From contig NC_087438.1 of NCBI RefSeq assembly GCF_036321535.1, forward strand, positions 9,426,001 through 9,490,000: DNA of 64,000 nt, read 5' to 3'. The stretch comes from Camelus dromedarius (Eukaryota). Shown here one piece after another: positions 1 to 11,910 of the stretch (position 1 is the first letter of the stretch; the number at the start of each line of letters is the position of its first letter). The position numbers were made by a program, and so were the translations under genes. Under the pieces are notes generated by a model that worked only from the letters and a program-made list of their open reading frames with translations, was not told the DNA's origin and made no database searches.

Positions 1-111
1 AATATCCCAGCACCTCAATGCCAATCATCTGCCAATCCTGTGTTTTAAAATTACAGGCAAAACTGGACCTTTCTTCTTAGGCAGAGAAGAGTTTAGATTC
101 ACCCACATGGC

Positions 112-500
112 TCTTTTAGAATTCATCCAAAAGCAGTCCCTGAAACAAGGTTTTGAGCACATGTCAGCTTTTTGGAAAGTAAAGAAAACACTAGTGAGGG
201 GAGAAGAAAATCAGACAAGCAAGGATAGAGCCAATAAAGGAGATGTTTCAAAGTCAGCTCCCATTGTGGGTTACTGGCCTCAAGCCCACGGAGGAAACTA
301 GGAGGCCAGAGCCATTCCATTTGGAGGGTGAGAGAGCCGGGGGAGTTATACACCACCTCCTGTCAATCACTGCTCCAAGGCCGTGACTCCAGCACATCCA
401 GCCAGGGGCATGCAAGCCACAGGGCTCTTCTACAGCATAGAAAGTCTTCCGACAGAAAGGGCAGATGCTGGAAGTCAGGAAGCAATAGAGTCGTAGGGCG
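112..500 (-). mobile_element. ERVL LTR16-like solo LTR, decayed
   Basis: ccaaaagcagtccctgaaacaaggttttgag...agccaataaaggagatg...cccattgtgggttactgg resembles the reverse complement of the LTR16 3' end. Confidence 0.6.
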
Positions 501-1724
501 AGGGGATACAAGTAAGGCCCAGTTGTTACCTGTTCCACTGCCTCAGCAGGAAAATATCTAGAGCAACTTCTTCACTGGCCAGAACCCTAGGAACCCCAAG
601 AACCCCATGCTTTGAGGAAACTGCAGGTTGGTTCCTGTGAACTGAAGACACTAGGACTGGCTAAAACGTCCCCAGGTTTTTCTCAAGCCATTGCATAGTC
701 TTGTGATTTGCATATATTTCTGAGCATTTACTTTTACTTTTTCATAAATAGGAATGTAAAGATCTGAACAGGAACCTGGGTGAGAAAGAATTATGACCAA
801 TACCTAAAAGGGAAAATAAAACTATTTTGAATGGTTCAAAAATTTTTATAGATATTTCATCAGCTATGCAATTGATTTCCTGGTAACTTGCAGATGGAAT
901 CATATTGTGATACACATACATTTATTTCAAATGTACCTAACTTGTAAGCCTACTTTTGGAATAGAAATCTGACACAGTAATTAGGAATGTCGATTTACTT
1001 TCCAAAATAATGAAGTTAATTTAGCCATTAAGAGTTTAAAAAAATGTTGCTGATCTATGAAAAAAAAATAGGAAATCCAAGTTCTTTAGTAATTTTGCTG
1101 TAATTAATAAAAACATTTCCTTATCTATTCAGGATGGAGTATTTTCTAATTTATTTCCTCAAATCTCTCAGTCTTCCCAGGACAAATTTTGCTAGATCAT
1201 ATTTCAGAAATAGGAAATAAATGATAGGTATGTTTTATTTTTGACCTTTACTGCTGTAATTTTTTTTTCAATAAAGATACATGGCAAGGGAATCTCTCTA
1301 ACAGTTCTTTCAAATAGGTGAAGGGGGAAATTTTTATCTGTCTACTGGGTGCCTAGCTTCTGAATGAAGTGCAAAAGGCTTATTAAAATAACATTATCAA
1401 CACTCTCCATTTCTTTCTCAGTTTGGACTTTTAAAGGCTTATGTCTAAATAGTCTTTTATACAACAGTAGGACCAGCAGTGACACATCAGCTCTGGAAGG
1501 CCAGGAATCATTTGTCCAAGTGTAACTGAGGAAGGGGAAATTCTCTATACAACTCTCATTTAACACAGGGGCTGGCAAGCTAATACATCTGTCCAGTGTA
1601 TGAGATGATTGTAATTCATGACTTGTCCTGTCGGTGTCCTTGAAACATTGTTTTAAAAGTCCTAGGTTCTGTATCTATAGCAGATTAAATGGTGCCACCA
1701 TCCTGACTCTTGAAAATAAAAGAA

Positions 1725-2122
1725 GATACACCCACTCAGAATTTGTGAACATGACCATACTGGGGATGGGGACAAGGGTCTTTGAGGATGTAATTAAATC
1801 AAAGATCTCCAGATGAGATCACTTTGGATTGTCTGAGTAGGGCCTTGTTCCAATGTGTTCTTATAAGAAACAGAAAAGAGAAGACACGCACACGGAGGAG
1901 AGGCCACGTGAAGATGGAGGCAGAGTTGTGCAGCCACAAGCCAAGGGTCACTGGGACTACCCGAGGTCGGAGGGACGAGGAAAGACTCCCGCCAGGCCAG
2001 GTGTTTGGAGGAAATGTGACCCTGCCATACCTTGATTTCTGACTTCTAGCTTCCAGAACTCGGAGAGAATAAATTTCTGCTGTGTTAAGCCACCAAGTTT
2101 ATGTTCATTTAAGAAACTAATA
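1725..2122 (+). mobile_element. MaLR LTR (MLT1B/C-like)
   Basis: agggtctttgaggatgtaattaa, ggccacgtgaagatggaggcagag, cttccagaact...gaataaatttctgctgtgttaagccacc are diagnostic MLT1 blocks. Confidence 0.85.
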
Positions 2123-2264
2123 TAAGCATTATATTTTCCCTAAAAGCCATTTTCAGTCTTACTAGTGAACTGTTGACAGTATTTTCCATTTTTACGTCAC
2201 TAAAAAAGCTATAGACGTTTGTTACTGTGATGCTGGTTTGATATTTTCAGTTTGAGCAAATGTG

Positions 2265-2972
2265 ACAACAATACTGGTGTTCCCTGTGCCTGTTTTCCTT
2301 GGATTGTCAGTACGTGGAGTGTGTCCACTTCCAGCAAGTCACGGCCATTTGTCTAGCTCTACTCAAAGAAATGTGAACAGAAGGAATATGATTCTCCTGC
2401 TCCTTTTTATCGCTCCAATGGCCAAGAGTCCTGGCTGGCTTGACTAAAACAGGTTACCACCAACGGGGTGGCTTTGACAAACAGTCACAGCTCACAGTTC
2501 TGGAAGCAGGAAGTCCGACACAGGGCACTAGTGTGGTCGCACTAGTGAGGGTGCGGGTGCTTTTCCTGGCTTGTAGGTGGTCACCTTCTCGCTGTGTCCT
2601 CATGTGGCAGAGAGAGGAACCTCTGGTCTCTCTTCCTTTTCTTATAAATTCAAAAATCCCATCATGCGGCCCCACCCTTATAACCATATATAAACCTAAT
2701 CACCTCCCAAAAGGCTTATCTCCAAATACCATCACAGTGGAGGGTAGGGTTTCCAGGTATGAATTTGGCGGGACACACAAGCATTCAGTCCATTACATCA
2801 GGGAAGCCAGCATTGGAATGAAGTACCACCAGACCAAAGCAGCAGATAGCTGCCCTGGAGAATCTCCCAGACGAGTAATAGGCTTGATAGGAACAAGGAG
2901 AAAACTTCTGCTGTGTTAAACTACATAGAGCACTGTGATGTTTATTACTACAGTATAAACTAGATCACCCTA
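2265..2972 (+). mobile_element. Older MaLR LTR (MLT1I/J-like), interrupted by an MLT1A at 2425-2797
   Basis: 5' part cggccatttgtctagctct...gaaatgtgaacagaag; 3' part aaaacttctgctgtgttaaactac...gtttattactacagtataaactag. Confidence 0.55.
2425..2797 (-). mobile_element. MaLR LTR (MLT1A-like)
   Basis: ctcacagttctggaagcaggaagtcc, cttctcgctgtgtcctcatgtggcagagag, ctccaaataccatcacagtgg; ends cattcagtccattaca (TG start on the minus strand). Confidence 0.85.
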
Positions 2973-3364
2973 AGAGCATATATAAAGCTAGAATTAAAAG
3001 AGTGTTATTATTTAGTAAGAATTCTGCTTATAACCCAAGAGGCAATGCCATCAGATAAATTTCTTGGGCTACAACTGTGTGCATCCACAGATTGAAATTC
3101 CTCTGGATATGATGCAACTGAGCAAATGTGCATTGTCATAGGATTTCGCCCATTATACACACAAATTTCCCCTCCAAATACCACATATTACTAACACATA
3201 ATGTGTAACATATAGAAACATAAAATATGGAAATGTTTAAATAAAGGGCAATGATTGGATCCTATGTATAGTGAATACATGGAAATTTAATTGTTTCTTA
3301 AAAGTTTTTATTATTTGATTTAACTTTTGGTTAACATATTACCTTTTAGAGAAAACAGTATTTC

Positions 3365-3777
3365 AGCGTTCTAATCCCTAGAACCTGTGAATATGTTACT
3401 TTATGTGGCAAAAGGGACTTTGCAGATGTGATTAAGAATCCTGAGATGAGATTATCCTGGGTGGGCCCAAAGTAATCCCAACAATGCTTATGAGACGGAG
3501 ACAGAAAGTCTGAGAGGAGAGAAGATGCTACAGTGTTGGTTCTGAAGATGGTGGACGGGGCCAGAAGCCAAGGGATGGATACGGTTTCTAGAAGCTGGTA
3601 AACTCAAGAAAATCTCTTTCCCCACCAGCGCATTCGGAAGGCCTGCCAGTAGCTTGATTTCAGGTCAGTGATACTGAGTTTTGGATTTCTGATCTCTGAA
3701 ACTGTAAGATAATAAATATGTGTTGTTTTAAGCCTCAAAATTTATGGTAACTAGAGTAGCAATAGGAAACGAATACA
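3365..3777 (+). mobile_element. MaLR LTR (MLT1D-like)
   Basis: ctaatccctagaacctgtgaatatgttactttatgtggcaaaagggactttgcagatgtgattaag ... gcaataggaaacgaataca terminus. Confidence 0.88.
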
Positions 3778-4384
3778 GCTTTTATGCTTTGTTTTGTTTA
3801 ATTTTTTACTTACATTGCTTTCTGTCTTAAAAGTTTCTAAAATTTTGCCTATCCTCACCTTCTCAGCAATCTGGTATTTCAGTTTGCTCTGTAGCTTAGA
3901 ATATTTTAGGAATTTTCATTTTAAAATCCTCAACTGACCACCTATAGTGTATTATGGAAACATTAGTTCTAGAGTAATCTAAATTCCACGTGTATAATGA
4001 TGTGAAGATGAACTGGATTTCTGGTAATCTCACCCTATCCCACATGCTTAGAGTTCCTATCATTTTCCCATTCAAGTCAGAAAACAAGGGGTAGGTAGAG
4101 AAATGGGCTATGCTTTCATGGGGGATACAGATAATTTAATACAGCAAAGAGTTTTCACTGACAACTCTTTATTTTAAACCACTTCCCATCTTTACAAGAA
4201 ATGCATGAGCTAAAAAGGGATGGGCTCCCCTTGTGAGTTTTGATGTCTGATTATTATTTTGAAGGACCACTCTTTTGAAAAGTGGCTCCTGACAGAAACT
4301 TCAATTCTTACAAGGAATGATGTGTTGGATCACTTTTTAAAAAATGTTTGAATATAATTTTCTTTTTTTTAAGTTTCACCTTTC

Positions 4385-4672
4385 AAGCTGGGATGCTGCA
4401 GTCACTGCTGTTGCCACCTTTGCCGCTAGAGGCACCGCCGGTGACACTGCAGGCGGCCATGTGGAGGCGCTGCTTGTGACAATGCTGGTGGCACTGCTGG
4501 AACCCAGATAAAATGTCCTCCAGCTCTGCCTTCCCTGAGCTTCCCTTTCCCATCGGCAGACACTCTCAGGAAGCCAACTGGAAAGGCAGTCGCTATAATG
4601 GAGTTTTTCTCCCAGAACCGAGAAGAAGCAAGGCATAGCAAGCATCGTGCTACTGCATTTGAGAAATAACAT
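4385..4672 (-). mobile_element. ERVL LTR41/LTR33-like fragment
   Basis: ttcccatcggcagacactctcaggaagccaactggaaaggcagtc...atggagtttt resembles the reverse complement of the LTR33/41 5' region; GC-rich ctg-rich tract. Confidence 0.6.
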
Positions 4673-5904
4673 AAAGCGTTTGGATTGTGAAAGTAGATTT
4701 ATATGTATACATGTAATTTGATTTACTGAGACACAAGACAAACTGAATTGTGAACCTACGTATAGAAATCACAAATAAGAGCACACATCAGTTTAATAAC
4801 TGTTGATTTAACATTTTTCTTTTTTCTTGTTTTCTGATACAAACAGTAAACAAAGAGTAAGCCGTCTCTGTCTAATCATAATAAAAACTGCCTCCATCTC
4901 GTATACCTTCTTGCTCACTCTTTAACAAAGATCATATTCTGGATCCTAAATTGAATACAGAGTGCCTAATGCACCTCCCCTGCCATTGGGCATCAAATAA
5001 CTAGGTAGCGATAGAGACTTTTCTCTGGGGAATGTTCAGTGGTAATGAGGAGAAAGGGGAATGGAATTTACACTGAGGACTCAGCCAGGTGTGTCCTCTA
5101 GTAAAAGGAGGCTTTACCTATGAAGGCATTTTAAAATACCCTTCCTTTTCCCACAGTCAGCAGAGAACACCAGTTCAGTGGAAGGAACACAGTTCCCAAA
5201 AAGAATGAAAATATAGCTCACCAATATTACTGAAACAGTGACGATGGCAGGAAATTGTTCTGGTGTTAACTAGAAATTAAAACAATCTGTGATTAGTAAA
5301 GAGTCCTGTAGCAAGAGCCCGGTATCACATGTCTCAAGAAGTCTTGAGACAAAACAGTGCAAGACACCCAAGAGTATTCTAAGGACTAGAAAACCAACTT
5401 TATTTCAGACAAGGGCTCTTTGCCTAGCCAAGATGATTCAGCCTCAGCTCAAGCTATTTAAAGAGAGGAACAGGAGAGCAATTTTTTTTTAAAAGCCTGA
5501 ACGTTATATATAGGATGTTTCTCAATATTTTTATCTACCTTCTTTGTGATAAATTAAACATCTCAGCCGTCTTCTAACAATGCCTGGATGTTCTGATAAC
5601 TTTAATGAAGACTCCAGTTATAAATTATTACTTCGTTTCTCTCAATCAGGCGAGAATTTCTGTCAAGACTTACTTTCTGTTATTTGTTTTAGGAAAACAA
5701 TTTAAGTTTCCCAAATGCAAAATTGTAATATTAAATCTTTTTATCAGAAATTTCAGGTATCCCTCTTCACCACTGACCTACTCCTCAATAAATATTGAAA
5801 TTCCTAGGTGCAATTTCTTACTCAAGCTTTTATCTTCAGTATATAGTACAATACCTGGTCCTCAAAAAATGTTTGATCAGAGGAAGAAAGCATGAAGAAA
5901 AAAA

Positions 5905-6045
5905 AGAACAGGGCAGAATACATGTGTTTAAGTCCCAGATTTGCTATTAATTTTCTGCATGAAATTGGCCTGTTTACCTTTTGGAAAATACGTGGGTTGT
6001 ACCAGAAATCTGTAAGATCTCTTTTACCACTAATGTTCTATGGGC
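5905..6045 (+). mobile_element. MIR3-like SINE fragment, preceded by an L2 3' end at ~5825-5895
   Basis: gtttaagtcccagatttgctattaa...gggttgtaccagaaatctgtaagatctcttttaccactaatgttctatg. Confidence 0.55.
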
Positions 6046-7369
6046 TTGTGATCATTATTCATGATTTTGATTCTGTATAAAGCATACCTCTTTAGAGATG
6101 GGAAAAGGTACACCTTGATAATTGTGTGGAGTTCAGAAGAAAATCTATAAAAGAAAAAAAAAATCTAGTTAAGTACAGCAGATAGGCAGACATACTACTT
6201 ACCTTCTGACTCTCAAAACTCTTCTAAAATGATAGTTTAAAAATTACAATACCTGAAGTGAACGTGTATTGTAAAAACATCAGTGAACAAAACATTGCAG
6301 CCAATATTTGAAAAGCAGCAGGCTGATAAAATGGTGAAATTTTCAGAGATAAGAAACTTACTTAAAGTACAGTCAGAGGCCAGCACTGAGGCAGAGCGAG
6401 GTGATTTGCCTTTTGGCAGAATTCAGTTTCAAGGAAAGTGTAGGTGAGCTACAAGTCCAAAAATAGGGAAGTTGACAGAAACTCCCCAGTTCCTTCTGGA
6501 AATTGCTGCCTCAAAAGTTGTGAAAATAATAGAGAGATTTTAATAATTCAAAAATGCAACCTATTTACTTTCCATGCATGCCATATCACAAATCAGTCAA
6601 CTGATTGTGAACCAAACCAAGAAAGCAAACCAAGCAAACCAAGAAGCAAACCAAGAAAATGGAAGACTGATAGTCTAGCAAACGGAGGATTTAACAAAGC
6701 TAAGTGGCAAAGAAGAGGTCCAGGATAACAACTTGACAGCGTTCCTCCTAAAGAGAAACCAGTCTACGTGTGACTAGGTGGAGTGGAGTGTTCCAAGGAC
6801 AAGATCCCCAAGGGGACCATGGCTTTAAAAGATTACCTCCTACATTTGATTACGGGGAGGAAAAAGCATAAACGGACACATGAGAGATTTTATACACGAT
6901 AAATAAGAATAGGCACATAGAAAATTATGTAAGTTAGAACAAGAAATCTTACATCAAAAAAGAAAATACTGAACAAAAAATTTAAAAATTATAGCATACA
7001 CTTCTCTCTGCGTTGAACACTGACATGAGCATAATACAAACAGTAATTATTTACTTAATTAAATAAAATTTCATAAAACATTTTGAAAGACCCTTAAGTC
7101 ATCATAGACAGAACTTGCTTCTAGAGAAAATGGGGTAGATTTTGGAAAGGATCCTTTTAAGAAGTTTGCGTATTTTCCACAGGCATATGTGAAAGTCCCG
7201 AACAGGATTCCTCAAAAGCTGAGAAGCAGAAGGTTGGTGTCATTCACTGAAATAGAATATCATGGTCCTTCATGGACAACACACATCAAATCCCAACAAT
7301 GAAAATGGAATCCAATTTTCTTTGAGGAAATATCCCACAACATCAACACAAGTACATATGGAAAGTTTT

Positions 7370-7779
7370 CCCTGATCCTTCCTTTAAGGGATGAAGGTTA
7401 ATGCTAAGGTGCCTACGCGTTAAAATCCTGTAAGGTGATTCTTCACTGATGGCTTTGTGGATTGAGGGAGCCACGTGACTAGGAATGTGGATGGTCTCCA
7501 GGAGCTGAGAGCCAGCAAGAAAACAGGAAACCAGAAGCCACAAGGACCGGATTTTGCCAAAAGCCTGAATCTTCAAAATGAATTCTTCCCCGGAGCTTCC
7601 AGATAATACTGCAGCCCAGCCAGTACCTTGAGTGTGAGGGCCTGAGTAGAGAACCCAGCAGGGCAGATCCTGGACTTCTGACCTACGGGACTGTAAGATG
7701 GTAAACACTGATTGCATAGTCTCATTTTAGGCTACTAAGTATGTGGTTATTTGTTTCACAGCAGTAGAAAACTAACACA
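7370..7779 (+). mobile_element. MaLR LTR (MLT1E/F-like)
   Basis: gagccacgtgactaggaatgtgg, gagccagcaagaaaacagg, gagtagagaacccagc...ggacttctgacctac; ends gcagtagaaaactaacaca. Confidence 0.8.
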
Positions 7780-8019
7780 AGGTAGAATCAAAACCAGTTC
7801 ATCTTTATATTGCAGAAGAGCCCTGTACATTCACTATTTTGCCCTAGAATTACATCCATTCTTCTGTTCTCTCTCATGTGCTATCACACAGTAACCTCAA
7901 TTGCCTGTGTGTTCCTCAATCATATTGATCTATACTATTGACAGCATTATGCTAAGTAGTTCTGTGAAGCAGAGAGAAGAAAACAAAGAATATTAAGTCT
8001 CATATAATATCACCAGGAA

Positions 8020-8476
8020 AAAAAAGATCGAGGAGCCTGCCATACCAGCCATGATCGTAGAGGTCCAGAATATCCCAGTGAAGATAAAGAATAAGTTATT
8101 TACTCCTCATTCTAGCCACTCAGAAAGCGATAGAAAACTTGGAAGGCCTTCTTAGATTTTGGAGGGATGATATATTGCATTTAAGAATATGGCTCCAGCC
8201 CTTTCACTGAGAGACACAGAAGGATGAGGCTTTCAAAGGGAACACAGAGCAAGAAAGTGCTTTGCAACAGGAACGAGTTGAGGAGGTTCAGATGCCCCAC
8301 AACTTACGACTGTATAGATCTCATGCTGCTAGACGTATCAGTCATGGATAAAAGATGCTGTTTATAATCTTTGGAATCCCCAGCGAAATAGATGCAGCGC
8401 CAATTCCTATAGCTCTGGATCAAAGCTGGGCCTGCCTTCTGCCTCAGAGAGCTATTCTTTGTTTGAAAAACATAGC
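8020..8476 (+). mobile_element. ERVL internal pol fragment (RT C-terminal/connection region), decayed
   Basis: Translates with frameshifts to a degenerate match of the ERVL block KDKLL...GFWRQHI...EQEKALQQ...LEVSV...WSKALPS...YSPFEKQ. Confidence 0.75.
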
Positions 8477-9845
8477 GGAAAGCAACCCAGAAACTCTCAG
8501 TCAAAAGGAGAATATTATCTGCAAAGGAGAGTGTAGCTTCCCTTCACAGGCTCCATGGAACATCCCTAACTGGTGCAGATATTTCGAGCTCTGTTTGATC
8601 TTGATGTGGTCCAAATGGCAGGGCAACTTGCACAACCGGTTGGGACCATTGTAGATCCTCCTCTTGCTCTGAAGCACACGTAAAATTGTCAGCTTTTTGT
8701 GTTGTTTGGTGAACGGATCAAAGCAGCCCACCCAAATGAGGCATATGCCGCCTATAACTTCTGGGGCTCCACCTCTTTCTTATTTTTAGAACAGATCAGG
8801 TACAATAACATGTCCTTCAAATGGAAAGGGCTGTACAATGTGCTTGAACCACTGGGACTCTCAGAATTTAACTGCGGTAGCAGGAACCTGAACTTTCAAG
8901 GGTTTTACTTTCTGCTTTCTGGCACACCTAGGTCTTCTAAGTGTTACGGTGTGCATGTGTAGGACAGCTATGTGTAGCAGCTGGAAGAACTTCTTCCTGA
9001 TCACTAGGTCCATTTGCATTTTATTGTCAATATGGTGGACTGGCATGATATCTTATGGAATGGAAAGACGGTCAAGATCCTTGCAGACTAGACCGTGAGA
9101 GAGGGCTGGAGAGTAGGAATAGCCATATGGCAGGCCAGTGAACAGCCAGAAAATTGAAAACTCACTCTTCATGGTGGTCTTTCCTAAAAGCCATGAAGAA
9201 AAGAGATTTCCAGATCAATAATTGCATTCTAGGTACCAAAAACTATGTTGACTTGCTCTAATAAGGAAAACACATCTAGTGCGCCATTTGCAATTGGAGT
9301 CACTGTGTGCTAAAATTGACATTAATCCATTGTCATTCTCCAAAGTCTATATCTTCTTGCACAGACCAGATGGGTTATTAGAATGAGAATGTGGTAGAAA
9401 TCATCATCTCTGCATCCTTCAGGTCCTTGAAAGTGACACTAACCTCTGCAGATCCTCTAGGAATGGAGTATTGGTTTCATTTCACTAGTTTTCTCGGTAG
9501 AGGCAGATCTAGTGGCTTCCATTAAACTGGTTCTATCGCAGTAGCTCTCACTCCACTTATCAGAGAACTAATATGAGGATTCTGCTTTTTGCTGAGTGTT
9601 TACACTAAGTTACTCATTCAGGAACTGGGAAAGTAACCACTGGACATGTTCAGAAACCAAACAGGTCCACCAGAAGGTGAGTCTGAGAAGAAGACCATTA
9701 TTTCCTTGGCCTTCTATGCTCCTAACCTGACTGGCTGAGCGTTCCAGATTTTTGAAGAACTAAAATTAGTATAGAGTCAATTTCAAGTAATCCTTGAAAA
9801 TTTGGGGATCCCTTTTCTCACTTCACAGTCACTATATTAGTGACT
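8477..9845 (-). mobile_element. ERVL internal pol (protease + reverse transcriptase), decayed pseudo-ORF
   Basis: Minus-strand translation gives FQGLLE (protease FRGLLDTG region), IIDL, LPYGYSYSPALSHGLVCKDLDRLSIP, VHHIDN (YIDD catalytic motif decayed, 9023-9034), KVQVPATAVKF and HMPHLGGLL; many stops and frameshifts. Confidence 0.85.
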
Positions 9846-10420
9846 AAATTTTGAGGCCAGGAAGCAGCAATTTCCCAAATGGATCCTTGGGAGTAATGAG
9901 AAGTTAGCCACTCCTATCTCCATATATAGGTGTTCAGACCCATGTTCTATCTTTAATGGACACACTTTGAGATAATAGATTTTGATATAGAATTTGTACT
10001 ATACCTTAGAAAATGGAAACCCATTCATGTAAGATTATGTCCTCCAATCTTTGACCTCAGCAATGCTTTCAAAAAGGTAGTAGCTTTTGGGTAGTAAGAC
10101 CGTTAGATCCCACAGTCTTGTGCCCATGGCTACACCCCCTTTTTGAAGTAGTGAGCCCCTTGGTTAGTGTAATATTCCCCAGGATCTGTGCCAGTGAACC
10201 AATCCCTTTGTAAGCCTTTTTATAGTGTTGCAGGTGGCGGCCCTACAGGCAGAAAAGGCAAACTGGTGGCTGGAAATGTGTTAGTTCTGGTAAAGAGCAA
10301 TGGCTGCTGCTTCCAGGATGGAAGAAACACAGCAACACAATGCAATCAGTTTACCCCCTCGTGGCTGGTGGTGTCATGTCAGGTTTCAGCACTGGTCTCT
10401 GTTGCTGGCAGGTTACGCAG
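9846..10420 (-). mobile_element. ERVL integrase fragment, decayed
   Basis: Minus strand reads CQQQRP (end of zinc finger), NQGAHY (DQGTHF-like core motif) and ITPKDPFGKLLLPG (IN C-terminal ITPSDPLAKFLLPV-like). Confidence 0.75.
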
Positions 10421-10629
10421 GTTAGGAAGCAGTAGCTGGGCCTGAGATTCTTAGGGAGATTAAGAAGTGTTTTGACAACAGAAAGCATAATATGAATTTA
10501 GTACATGATATTAATAATCTTACATCTAGACAGGGATGATTCAGAACCTAGTAGGTCAATGTACTGCAGATGGTGTCCACGGTTTCCAGGAACCCTGCTT
10601 CGCTATTTAGAAAAGCTTATTGGTAAAAC

Positions 10630-11042
10630 ACGTGAGGCCTGAGTGCTGTGAGGCTCACACTGGCCCTTCCGGATTAATGTCCATCCCCTCCCACCTTATT
10701 TTCTGAAGCTTCCCTCTATCAACTGCCTCAGTGGACTTCTTTGCCCATATATTGGCTTTGGTTACTAGAGAATCCAGAAAGGAACCTGGAGAAGGGGAGT
10801 GAGTTTGGGGTTTTTATCCTCACAGCTTCCTACCTACAGGGTCTGCAAAGGTGTGTGTCCTTTCAGGTTTCAGGGAACAAACCTCTCACGCCTCCAGCCT
10901 AGAGGAGCAGCAGTCCCAGAATTTCTAGTATTAAAGCCTGTACGTTACCAAACCTATGTAGATGGTCTGTTCAGTAAACCTTCTTCAAAGTATTCTCATT
11001 TGTGTGTGCCATCTTTCTCCTGCAGGGATTCTGACTGATACA
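10630..11042 (+). mobile_element. ERVL LTR33-like solo LTR
   Basis: 3' end taaaccttcttcaaagtattctcatttgtgtgtgccatctttctcctgcagggattctgactgataca matches the LTR33 terminus. Confidence 0.75.
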
Positions 11043-11451
11043 GCATATGAAAAAAAAAAAAAAATGGGAGTAGGGAACTTAAAGGAAAGTGGAGAAATGG
11101 AAACCAAGCTGTTCTTTTCCAGTGACTAAGAAAATACATAAAAAGTTTCTAGTAAAAATGTTTTATTGATACTGAAGTGGGAACCTGGGCAAGGGATAAA
11201 TCCCAGAAGATATAATTAAGTGATAATATGCAATCTCTGGTAAGAAAGACCTTAAGCTCTGAAGCTCTAGGAATATTAAATTGAAGTTTGATGTAACCTA
11301 CTTTCACTGATGTTGTTAAACTAGCTAATTGTGTATATTCGTACAGGAGGAGTGATGCAATTAATTTTTGAGTCTTAAGTCCTTCCTCTACTTGATCCCA
11401 AATAGGCAAATATTTTCGCTGCTGTCCTTACTGTAATCCCCATCTAACTTA

Positions 11452-11910
11452 TGGTTTATCTGTTACCTGTTACCACAATAAAAATAGACAACCAACAACA
11501 CAAAATGTCACTAGCTTGAAAAATAATTGTTTATTGCTTATGTATATGGTGTCAGCTGTGACAATATCTCATGGTTCTGCTGATCTTGGCTGGGTTTGCA
11601 CACATGATGGCTGGCTGGCTGTTGAGTGATTCAGCTCTGCCCCACATGGTCTCCCATCCTTGGCAAGCCAACCGTGTCAACTTCTCATGGCAGTGGAAGC
11701 AGTGCATGAGGACTCTTGAGGCCCTGACTTGGAAGTTAACAATCCTTCAATCATATGCTACTATAGAACAATTTATAGGGCCAGCTCAGATTCAAGAGAT
11801 GGGGGAATGGTCTCCACCCCTTTAGTGAGAGGAAAAGAAAAGTCATGTGGCAAACGAACTTAATACGAAGAGGGAAATGTATCGGGTTCCTTAATTCACT
11901 CAGTCTACCT
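11452..11910 (-). mobile_element. MaLR LTR (MLT1H/I-like)
   Basis: ggttctgctgatcttggctgggtttgcacacatg, ggccagctcagattcaagagatgggggaatggtctccacccctttagtgagagg. Confidence 0.75.

Noticed and set aside
2440..2919. Longest ORF (159 aa)
   Set aside because: Runs antisense through an MLT1A LTR into another LTR; non-ATG start; no protein similarity recognised
6610..6660. Short repeated units aagcaaacc(aag)
   Set aside because: Ordinary slippage micro-duplication; no spacer structure, not CRISPR-like
6170..7350. Possible HAL1/L1 5' fragment or processed pseudogene
   Set aside because: A-rich and L1-like in composition, but I could not match it to any family or protein with confidence
8020..10420. 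Possible domesticated retroviral pol gene
   Set aside because: Numerous stops and frameshifts; the catalytic YIDD is decayed to HIDN
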